Below, in pieces: positions 53,601-64,000 of a stretch of DNA of 64,000 nucleotides; position 1 is the first letter of the stretch, and each line of letters opens with the position of its first letter. Source of the stretch: Macrostomum lignano (Eukaryota); the NCBI GenBank assembly GCA_002269645.1, contig NIVC01000621.1, forward strand, positions 124,001-188,000, read 5' to 3'. Position numbers and translations under genes: made by a program. The notes under the pieces are model-generated. The model ran no database searches. It was not told the origin of the DNA and saw only the letters and a program-made list of their open reading frames with translations.

Positions 53601-56600
53601 CGATGCAGGCTCTAAGGTTGAAAATGCCTTCAAAAACTGGTCGGCACTGCAGAATCAGAAAGTGCTGACTGACTGGTTAGATACATCAGATAGTCGGCTC
53701 AAAAGTTTGAGCAAACGCAGGGTTCTGCTCACGGATAGGACTCAGCAACTGAGAGAATTAAAAGTAGGTCACACAATTCTAGAACGAAAATGACGTTCTT
53801 ACGTTGTTCAGATATTCTAAGATTTTTTCCACACAACGGGCTTAATCAATTTCGGTGCTTCAGAGCTTAACGGAAGAAACCGATGCACGAAAAGGCGACT
53901 TCGAGCTTCTGCTGCAGTTAGGTGAGGAGTTTTCAGATGCAAATTTTGACAGAGAAGAAGCTAATTTGACAGAAATCGCGCGAACCAGCTGGAACAGATT
54001 CGAGGAGTTAAGGAAGAGAGCTTTAGTAAGTACGCTTGCGCAAACCTCAATTTCTGTTTTATTGCTGCTCTAACAATTCACTGCAAATCCAGCTTTTTTT
54101 GTTTGATGCTGTTCAGAAACTGCGGGAGAGTTTATCGGCTTCAGTGGAGATCCAAGAGCGCTTTGAAGAGGAGCTGAAAAGCTTTCGGAATTGGTCCACC
54201 GAGGCTCGAGCTAGTGAAGCCAATCTACTTATCAACACAAGCCTTGAACCGGTTAATGCCGCAGCAGCGTCCGCGCAGCTAAGCGAAGTGAAGTATTTAC
54301 AATGTGAAGTTGAACATCATTCCTCATCGCTGACCAGAATCGCAGAAATTGGCCAGAGTCTGGCTCAAAGTGACGAGTTTAACGCCGGTCTTCGTGAGCA
54401 CATTTTAAAACAGAGGAAAGGAAATGAAAAACTATACAACAAATTGAAGGTTCAGCTGGAGTCTAAGAAGGTGAGTCCGTGACGTTAGTGAGTATACCAT
54501 TTTGAACTTACTGTGGAGTTACTTCAATAAACGACATCGCCCTCTCCATCTCACAGAAAATAGCTGACAGACATGATCGGATGTGCAAGAAGTTATCAAA
54601 ATTTAATTATTTGACTGACAAAGCGAAATCTTGGATGAAGAAGTGCCATCAGAAACTTGACAGGATACGCAGTAGTCTGAATACGGTCCCTGTTGAAGAA
54701 CGTGACGTTATGGTGAGAATGGATCTTGTTGATGCACTTGTAAATAAGCTTGAAAATGCCAAACACTGAAGCCCTAAACTGTTTTGCAACAACCCAATTA
54801 GCTAATTGAATCGGAAATTAGCAACGGAAAATTACACAACCTGACGCGCGCAATCGAGGCTGGCGAGGGTCTCAAGCAGAAATCGAACTGTCCTCCCTAT
54901 GTCGCTACACATGTCAAAGAGGTCGAAGGTCTGTGGTGCTCGCTGGACTACAAGTTAGCCGGAGTGCAGAACGAGGTTAAGCATTCGATTAGAAAGCGCC
55001 TTGAAGTGCGACAGCAACTGCAGGAAGCCGACAGCAGGTTGAAAGGCTTGGAGACGCTTTTCAATGATCTGTCACGGCAGAAAAAAGTTCTTCTAAATGA
55101 GCAAGTTCAACAGGTTAATGAGCTTAAGGTAAGCTGAATCAGAGAGAATCAGATAAAATAGTATTATCTATTTATATTTATATCTATTTAAATCTATTTC
55201 TTTGTTCTTCAAGCTTTTTTCAACTTTCGAGCTGTACCATCAATGATTGGTTCAAAAGTATTCAGCATCCGGTACTATTTTTCAGGTCGTAAAAGAAGAT
55301 GGTCATAAAATGAGGGCAACGCTAGAGCAACTAAGTCTAAGCGCGTCAATGCAGAGGTATGGCGTCAGGGAACAGCATGAATCATTATTAAATCGTTGTC
55401 AAGCGCTTCAGAAAACGGTTCAGGTAAGTTTGAAATTTTGGTCTGAGTTCTTCAGACTTTTTGACTAACACAGAAGTAAACACTATTGATTTCAATCAAT
55501 TTCAGACATTGCTTGACGAGCTGTCCAATTCGGTGAAAGATCAGCAGACTTGGGCTGATTCCGTAGAAAAGTTCAAAAAGGAGGTTCAAGAATGGATCGA
55601 GCTTTGCAGTGACTGCACGGTTCAAGAAAATGACGCAACTGAACATTCTGAAAACTGGCGGGGACTGGCAGAACAGCTTGCTAAAACGAGCGAGGAGATG
55701 CAATTAAAATTCGATGCAATGCAACAGAAGTACCTGAGACTCGCAGACAGTCACAATAGCAATCTTAGCATTCAAAAAACCATCCATCAACAGATGCCTG
55801 AAATAAGTGGCTCTTTTTTTAAGGCTAAGGACGGTGCAGTTGCATCTCTGGTAAGTAATTGGATTAATCGTAAATGCAATTGACACACAGTAAGTACAGA
55901 GAGAAATTTACTGAGACATAACATTTGTATTAATTTCAGGATGCGCTGCAAAATCGAATTCAGTTAGCCGAGCTCAACAATTTGGTGTCGGCTGCCTTAG
56001 ACTGGGCAAATTCCATTGACATTTTGCTGGCTGAAATCGAAAATAGAATGCTGGTAGAGCCAGTAGCCCAAGAGGAGCTGCAGGTATGTAAAATCTAAAC
56101 TGCATTTGGATACCGAGTTTATTAAATTCAGTAATTTAAAAAATTCATATTTTAGTTAATTGACGACTGCTTTTTGGAGGGTGACAGCAAGTTTGACCAA
56201 GCAGTAGAAGCTGGTACCGCTCTGATGAACAAGCAGTCCTGTCGTGCTAGAGTTCGACATCAGCTTGCAGATTTAGAGGTGCAATTTCTCCAGTTAGAAC
56301 AACACAAGCAGCAAGTTAAGATCAGCGTTCTTGACAATTTACAAAAGGCAGAAGTTCTGAAAGATGAAATTAATAGATTGGATCCGGAGTTGATGACTGC
56401 TGAGGCCAAGCTCAAGCGCTGCTGTGATCGACAAGAAACTGAGCTCCCTTGTAGAAAGCAGCAGAGATCAGAGCTGGAAGTATGAGCTGTTTTATTAATT
56501 GCTTTTAATATACAGTGCACAGATTTTTGTTTAAATAATCACACTAAAGCGAGTTGTTTTCAATTTGCTAGGCAATACTGAGCGAGATCCAAGTCATGAA

Positions 56601-59600
56601 GAATAGATTCACAATTCTCTGCTTGGATTCTGACATTTCGTGCGCCAAGCATGATGAGTTTCGCATCAATTCCTGCAGAGCATGGTATTATGAATTGGAA
56701 GACACGGCTCAGGTAATTAAAACTTCTCCATAAATATTTAGTGTAACAACGTTGGTAACTATCCTGGTTTTACTTTTAGAAACAATTAGGGAAGCTGCGT
56801 CAATCAGTCGAGCATCACGAAAATTTTGAGAAGAAACTGAAAGAGATGCGCAAAAAAGTTTGCGATGTGAAAAGAAAATTTGAGCAAACGAATGCTGCCA
56901 GAAACTTAGTCCAGTCACTTTCCTATGCGGATCTGCAGAAACAATTGGAGCTTTTGAGATCCTACCACTCTGATGTCGACAGTTGTTCATCAGACAGTTC
57001 TCTGGGCAGTTTACTGAGGAATGTAATTGACACCATGATTGACAAAAGACACTCTGAGCCACGCAGAACTGTTGAGGCTCAGTATGAGTCATTCAAGAAT
57101 GAGATTGACAGTCTGAAGTCTTCGATAACAGTGGCAGAGGTTAGTTTTTGCATCTTTATATTGCTATACTTCGTACTTTTCTATCACGCGAATACGAGCT
57201 AACCTCTCACAAGTTGTTCAATAATTTCTTAATTGTCTTTCTCAGAAAACTTCAGCATGCACATTTTAAGAGTTTAAGTAACTATCTGGATTAGGGATGC
57301 AACTTTTAAGCATCAAATAAATAAGGAATCCTGTTTTAGTGGTTACCCCTGTCTCTTGGTAGACAGCTAGGGTTGTCAGGGTTAATGTAGGGGGGGGGGT
57401 TATTAACTAATAGCCTGAAGGTTGATTAACGTAGTTTTAGGAAAACAAACGTTACTTTACTTTACGGAGGGTAAATTTTCGTTAATTTATCAGTTTGTTA
57501 ACCGAAATTAACCTAAAAAGTGACTGTGGTTAATCAACGTAAATTCGCTTTTTCGAAAGTTCAACTGTGGTTAATTAACCAACCAAAAGTTACTTTTAGT
57601 TAATTTACTTTCAAGATTAACCCTCGTTTTCAACGGGACAGATTACCTTTGCTCCGAAGGGAGGCCATCCCGAATAGCTAGCAATTTCAGGAAATGCGAT
57701 ACGTACGAGCTAGATTGGGAAAGCGAATCCCGCCTGTGCGGCACAAGTTGGGACAGAACTTTGCAGTCAGTGTTTTCAAAAGATTCCACTTTTCAGGTAG
57801 GTATTCACTCACGCTTCTGAAACAGTCTGCAATGACAGGAAACTAAACAAATCATTAAATGATTGAAAGTAAAAAGATTCGGAGATTTTTAGGGATATTA
57901 TGCCTTAGTGGTCTTTAAATAAATATCGAATGTTGCGATAGTGACTCTGTCGAAATCGTGTTTCGACTTTCTCTGATGAAGTCAAAACTATGGATTGCAC
58001 AAAACTGCCTTTCGTAAGCAATAAGTGTTTTTAAATATGAAATGGCTATTATTTTAAGGACACTAAAAACTTTAAAAAACTGCGCATTCTATATTTACAC
58101 TTGCATCATGAGATGCTCAGTTACAAGGTATGAAACTAAAGTGCGCAGACTAAAATGACGTCAAGATAGACGGTAAACAACTAAAAGATATTTTGCTGAT
58201 ACTTCCTCCACACTCTACTAAGAGTAAAAATGCATATTTTAGGACAAAAAATCTTGACTAATATTTTACACTAACTACACTCGTAACTATTTAAATACTT
58301 ACCTAATTCGCTGGCTTTCGCACTCTCTTTCATATAGTTTTTATAGGAAAAAATATAATTCTCACCTATATTTTACATCATGATCAATGCACATTTCCAA
58401 GGAATAAATCAAAAGTAAGTCAAACTACTACAAGTATAATAACGTTGAGATTGACTGAAAAAATGTATTCATGTAAAAATATTTATACTGATATTGACTT
58501 GACAACATTCTACTCAAAATAGAAAGCCACGTCCTAACCAACATTCTTGACTAAGGATCTACTAAGAATCAAACTGGACAACACGGACGAATTCGATGCT
58601 CAACGGCGGTCCGCTACCGATTGGATCAAGAAGAAGCACATCGAGCTGAAGGATTTGGACACTGACCGGGGGCCGAATTCAGAGAAGGCTCGACAGCTTC
58701 GGGTTTGTATCGTCGGTATATATTTTATTCTACAACCATCTAAAGAAATTTATTTTAGATTCAACTCGGATTTATTTGGCTGATTTATCTTTGGATCAAT
58801 GATTATTTAAGTATAATTACTCGTATTTTCGATTCAACGATCATCCAAGTGGTTACAGTTGGCTTCAGAATTACCAAATGAACTCTTTATTATCGCATAA
58901 TCTTTCCTCTTGATTTAATAAAATTGCAGTGATTTTCTTTTCTTTAATGGCTATCTAGATGATCTCCTTTTATTCTATCACTATCTGACTTCCCTCTGAT
59001 TTTTCCCGAAATGGCTTTAAAAACACTCCCTTTTTAAAGGCCATTGAAGACACTCTACATGAAGGCGAAGATCTACTGTCAGCGGCTACTGTAACGGCCG
59101 AGCAAATGATGCAGCAAAGCACCTGTCCATTTCGAGTTGGTCGTCAACATCTTCAGCTTGCCCAGTCCTGGTCCATGCTGATCAGCTTGCTGGAGCGACT
59201 AAAGAAGGAAGTCTACGCAGCTGATAGCGGCCAAGACGGAAGGAGACGATTGGACGGCGAAGTAAGTGCTGTTTATTGTTCAAATTGCATTCTGGAGAGC
59301 AGAAGGTAGCGAATGAATATCAGGAAGGTCTGGATAATCTAGATAAGGGTAACGGTGACTCTCACTGAAGTTATGCAGAGCGTTGCAGTACTCACTGAAG
59401 GTCTGGATAGGGTGGCAGTACGCTCGTACCTACTGTAGTTCTTTTATTCACTGTAGGACAAGTATTCAGTTTTGAATTTACATGCTACCAGAGCTACACC
59501 AGATGAAACTTTATTTTGCCCCAGAATCGCCATCGCCGAAACCCTTATTCAAAATGGGAACGGCACTGCGATCATAATCGGTTTCAATGAGACACTTCGG

Positions 59601-62600
59601 TCTTCTATGAGAGTTACATTCGGGCTTCCATGAGAGTTACATTCGGGCTTCCATGAGAGTTACATTCGGGCTTCCATGAGAGTTACATTCGGGCTTCCAT
59701 GAGGGTTACATTCGGGCTTCCATGAGAGTTACATTCGGGCTTCCATGAGAGTTACATTCGGGCTTCCATGAGAGTTACATTCGGGCTTCCATGAGAGACG
59801 CATTCAAGCTTCCATGAGAGACGCATTCGGGCTTCCATGAGAGACGCAATAGGGCTTTCATGAGAGTTACATTCGAGTTTCTATGAGAGACGCATTCGGG
59901 CTTCCATGAGAGGTACATTCGGGCTTCCATAAGAGTTACATTCGGGCTTCCATGAGAGGTACATTCGGGCTTCCATGAGAGTTACATTCGGGCTTCCATG
60001 AGAGTTACATTCGGGCTTCCATGAGAGTTACATTCGGGCTTCCATGAGAGACGCATTCAAGCTTCCATGAGAGACGCATTCGAGCTTCCATGAGAGACGC
60101 ATTCGGGCTTCCATGAGAGACGCAATAGGGCTTTCATGAGAGTTACATTCGAGTTTCTATGAGAGACGCATTCGGGCTTCCATGAGAGGTACATTCGGGC
60201 TTCCATAAGAGTTACATTCGGGCTTCCATGAGAGGTACATTCGGGCTTCCATAAGAGTTACATTCGGGCTTCCATGAGAGACACATTCGGGCTTTCCATG
60301 AGAGACGCATTCGGGCTTCCATGAGAGATGCATTCGGGCTTTCATGAGAGTTACATTCGAGTTTCTATGAGAGACACATTCGGGCTTCCATGAGAGGTAC
60401 ATTCGAGCTTCCATAAGAGTTACATTCGGGTTTCCATGAGACACATTCGGGCTTCCATGAGACACATCAAATCTTTGCAGCGACAATTCTAAAACGCCGT
60501 TTCTCTAAACTGCAACCAAACTGGACCATTATTTCACTACTATTTGTTTTATACAGCTTTCTCACCTCCCCAATCCCAGCTGCAACAGAAATTTCGGCTT
60601 TTCAACTGCGGCCACTGGGAGGAGCTGGATCGTGAAGCCTCATCTCGGCTAGTCAGCAACGAGTTCTGCTCCAAATGCTGGCCGGTCACCGCCCAGATGC
60701 AGCGGAACGGCCTGTTTAGTCGGCCGAGAGACGACGACCAGGTCAAGCGCACAATGCTGTGGGAAAATGACCCTGAAAACTCTCTGGAATACATTCAGGT
60801 GCTGGACAGGGTGACCAGATATGTCAAGCCGGAGCACAATATCAAAGTGAGAATTTTAACCATCGAGAAGATCGAAAACCCCGTGTTGGACAGGCGGGTC
60901 TATCACGTGTACGACCAGCTGGTTAAGAAAAACAGCGAGCCACTCCTGCTCATCCACGGCACGACTGGAGACAAAGCCGAGAGGATCATTCAGGAAGGCT
61001 TTCAGGTATCTAAAGTTGGCGCCTGCTAGCTCGTAATATACAGTGTATGTCAGAACTGCGGGTGCCCTTGGCAGGGTGGCGATTTCGCTGACCATTCGAT
61101 GGCTTTCCCATCAAGCACTACTAGCCAACAACAAAGTGCTCCTAGTGGTCTTTTTCTTCTATTACAGTATGAGCAAGCACACAAGTCAGTCGAGCACACG
61201 CAACTGTTATAGCAGGTGTTTAGCGTCAGCTAAAAAATTAAGGAAAACTACGAGTACTGCAATACACGACTCTTGCGGGATTGCGCATCGATATCCTATT
61301 AAAACAGTATGATTACAACTACGCCAGAAATTTTGCCGCGTAAAGAAATTAGCTAGTGTCATTTTTATGAAAGGTAGTCACTGTGAAGTTTCTGGCCATT
61401 ATTCAACTCAGTTACACACTAAGCAATCTTTCAGTGTATGTACAGTATGCTAAGAGGGCTATCCAAAAAGTAGCTAAGTTTTGATGAACTATAAAAAACA
61501 CAGCAGTGAATCAACAATCAACAAAACTTGGCAACCACAAAATGAACTCATAGATACTCTACAAATTTGCCGCCGAGGTCAACGCACTTCTGCAAGCGAC
61601 ACCTACGCCTCAAAGGCATGCGGGCTGCAACTGCCAATGACCAGATGCCGGAGAGTTGATGAAGCACTAGCTGTTATTAATTTGTTCCACCGAGCCAAAA
61701 CGTTGACCACGAAGTCTCTTCCTCATCCTTAGGGAAACGTAGAAGCCCGCCGGAGCCAAGTCCGGCGAAGAGCGGGGCTAAGACAGAATTTTCCAGTCCC
61801 AGGACTCCAGGTGCTCTTCCAGTCTTCTGGCGCGGTGCACGGAGATGACCCCTCTTTTAAGCAAGCCAGGTTGCTTCTTTTTGATTGCCGGTCGCAGTTT
61901 CTCTTCCAGAATATATTTGTGATATTCCGCGTTTACCTTTGTACCGACTGGCACAGGCCAGTCCACCAGAATGCCATGGCCGTCGAAGAAGACGATGTGC
62001 ATCCCCTTCGTTGAACTCTGCTTGCGCTGCATTATCTCCTGGCTTGCTGATCTCCTTGGAAGTCACTGTGCTGACTGGCGCTTCAGCTCAGGATCCCATT
62101 CGTAGATCCAAGTCTCATCCCCTGTCAAAATCCTGCTGAGAAAGTCGTTGCCTCCTCGATGAAATCGATGAAGGTGCTCTCTGGACAGCCGGTCCTCCAT
62201 CTGCTCTTATGTCAGACCGAGTGAACGAAGCTGACGCGGCCATCTTTGCAAAAGTCTGCTTGATGAAAGGGCTGCTCTGCAGCTTGTGAGCATGATAGCA
62301 CCATGGAGGAAAAAATAGACTTTAAGTCACAATCAAGAGCAGCGCAATATAAACCTACGAACCATTGGGCATAACGAAATTACAGCTACGAACGTACAAT
62401 AAACTTATATCAAACTTTGTGAAACTAAATGCCTGCGATTCTGGAAGCGAAGAGCATGTCAGCTTAGTTAAGCTACACAAAGAACTAAAACTCTGAAAAA
62501 GCGTATTTCGATCTAAGCTCGTACAATGCTGGGACATACCTTTTAGAGAGGGACGAAAACAAAAAACGAGTTTGTCTAATGGCAGTCACGAGCCAATAGG

Positions 62601-63211
62601 AAGGAACGGTGGGAAGGGATACTAAAAGTGAAAATCGAGCAAAAAAAAATCTGGCTCAGATTTTTTCCCTCCATCCATGGATAGCACTCCGAAACTTTCA
62701 TCCTTCTTTACCATAGACTTACCTTCTTTACTATACCCTGCGCCAGCGTCTGTTTAATAATAATAATAATAATAGACTTATAGGTCAGGAAATGGCTAGT
62801 GCCTCGATCCTTTCCAAGTTGCTTTTAATAAATTTTATCGATTAGCAAAACTAATTTTCTCTTAAACTATATTAAAATATAACCTCGAAACCGCTGTACA
62901 CAATTAAGGTTGGCACCGGTGGTATGTACGGAGCAGGGATCTACTTTGCAACCGACACAAGCAAGAGTGCACAGTACGCTATTGACAGCCGCGTCAAGAC
63001 CCTGCTCCTGTGCAACGTTGTGCTCGGCAAGTACATGGTGTGCGACGCGCCCAGGAACGACCTGAACTTGCAGACTGTTGTTGCCGCCGGTTTCGACTCG
63101 GTGTTCGCCAAACGGAACTCGAGGAGAACTGGAGGCGTGTTAAACGACGAGTACATTGTATACCGGCCTGAGCAGGCATCTCCCAGGTACCTGGTGAAGT
63201 TCGAAGTCTGA
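50633..63211 (+). CDS. Full-length predicted gene: MGNQAS N-terminus + spectrin-repeat-like rod + C-terminal tankyrase-like PARP domain (~1653 aa, or ~1699 aa with the optional exon)
   Basis: Exons 50633-50911, 51367-51696, 51887-52018, 52121-52480, (52577-52714), 53452-53763, 53864-54025, 54117-54470, 54557-54712, 54802-55128, 55286-55423, 55506-55850, 55940-56083, 56156-56479, 56572-56712, 56780-57139, 58556-58702, 59040-59261, 60580-61005, 62909-63211. Every length is a multiple of 3, with AG/GT borders (one GC donor, two with the optional exon) and no internal stop. An in-frame TAA lies upstream at 50585 and the start context is GGAATGG. The rod has amphipathic helices with periodic Trp (FRSWLDQQ, LTDWLDTS, FRNWSTEA, VQEWIELC). 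Confidence 0.78.
52805..53130 (+). mobile_element. tRNA-derived SINE-like repeat; partial copies ~13790-13985 (-), ~19860-19980 and ~32500-32670
   Basis: TAGCCCCGTGG and GGCTCGATTCC boxes; body CACACAGGAGTGTACAGCGGC(T/C)CTAACTTT recurs. Confidence 0.55.
59606..60466. repeat. 23-bp intronic minisatellite CATGAGAGTTACATTCGGGCTTC, ~37 units
   Basis: Direct tandem units without spacers. Confidence 0.95.
60580..63211 (+). CDS. Terminal module 3 PARP catalytic exons (60580-61005, 62909-63211)
   Basis: LLIHGTTG...EGFQ|VGTGGMYGAGIYFATDTSKSAQY...VLNDEYIVYRPEQASPRYLVKFEV*. Confidence 0.92.
61453..62720 (-). mobile_element. Degenerate mariner transposon in the PARP intron
   Basis: TA|AGAGGGCTATCCAAAAAGT end; DFLSRILTGDETWIYEWD (first catalytic Asp), MHIVFFDGHGIL, VNAEYH...EKLRPAIKKKQPGL; frameshifted. 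The right boundary is approximate. Confidence 0.85.
62302..62679. mobile_element. hAT-type MITE nested in the mariner
   Basis: 8-bp TSD GATAGCAC at 62294-62301 and 62680-62687; imperfect CATGGA...GAAAAAAT TIRs; the paralogous site near 27000 is empty. Confidence 0.85.
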
Positions 63212-63462
63212 TCTGCGCTGTTTTGGGGTTAACTCAAGCTTATGATGTACAACTACTAAGCAACCAAGGACAACTAAAGCATACAGGACGCGACACTCGA
63301 GATATATGGAAAATGCTTTGAAGGCCTCTTTTCGCAGAGAAATACACTACAGAGATACGTGAAGTTTTCTTTTTTCAGAATAAAAAATTGCTATTGCTTT
63401 CGATAGGAGGCTGACCCCATGTTCATCTTTTAATATGATGTGCCTTTATTATATTGATATTT

Positions 63463-63773
63463 ATATTCATAAAGCTTTTCGTTTAGAAAATCGGGATTCT
63501 ATGTTAATTTGTATTTATTGTACAATATTGTACACGTCCTGTGCCTAAAAGCCATTAAAAGGCACGGCTTTGATCATTGGTTTTATGATTTTTTTGTCAT
63601 TCTTAGCTGACTGTGTAACAAAATGTGTAACAGAGATGATAAAGTAAATCCATTAAACCAAATATTCGAGCTGTGTAATGCATTTTTACATGGTTTTTAG
63701 GTGCATGAAATGTCGTAGGATAAAAAAATTAGATAGAAATCCTGATTTTGTGAACGGAAAGCTTTATGAATAT
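63463..63773. repeat. Foldback/MITE-like element with ~40-bp imperfect inverted repeats
   Basis: ATATTCATAAAGCTTTTCGTTTAGAAAATCGGGATT pairs with AATCCTGATTTTGTGAACGGAAAGCTTTATGAATAT. Confidence 0.7.
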
Positions 63774-64000
63774 CAATTTTTCATATATTTCGAGCGTTGC
63801 GTCCTTCTACTGTAGTAATCCTTGTCATCAAAATTGAAAACATTAACTCAAGCTAATAAGATATTATATCTTAGATATACGAGTAGCTACTCAGCGACAT
63901 TGAAAAACATCACCTTGGAACAAAATGCGTCTGAGCGAGAGTTGAATAACTCTGCATCATTTGCAGTGTGATGTGGACTAAAGTCAATCGCCCTGGCCCT

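Noticed and set aside
50633-57139. Calling the rod gene nesprin/SYNE1 or dystrophin
   Set aside because: No calponin-homology, KASH or WW/ZZ domain seen; similarity is only at repeat level, so no symbol is given.
59606-60466. CRISPR-like array (also 41105-41625)
   Set aside because: Direct tandem units without unique spacers, no cas genes, and a eukaryotic intron context.
24426-63211. Calling the PARPs true tankyrase (TNKS) orthologs, or bacterial toxins acquired by transfer
   Set aside because: No ankyrin/SAM domains or CHCC insert; spliceosomal introns and eukaryotic ARTD motifs argue against recent bacterial origin.

Overview
AT-rich, intron-containing animal (invertebrate-like) genomic DNA. 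All exon models below were built by hand from splice motifs and reading frame; none is transcript-verified. The main content is a cluster of six PARP/ADP-ribosyltransferase (ART) catalytic sequences with tankyrase-like motifs: three two-exon modules on +, two single-exon modules on - (one disabled) and one degenerate fragment. The best model (50633-63211, +, 19-20 exons, every intron phase 0, about 1650-1700 aa by hand count) starts with a myristoylation-type MGNQAS. It continues through a long spectrin-repeat-like helical rod and ends in an H-Y-E PARP domain; I do not know this architecture from any described PARP family. Upstream are partial paralogs with arrays of tandemly duplicated symmetric 81-105 nt linker exons. 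The left edge holds the 5' part of a spliced Helitron-like gene with an OTU protease domain. The rest is repeat-rich: an RT-deleted RNase H-bearing LINE with a 12-bp TSD, mariner remnants, hAT- and Tc1-type MITEs, tRNA-derived/CORE SINEs and several minisatellites.
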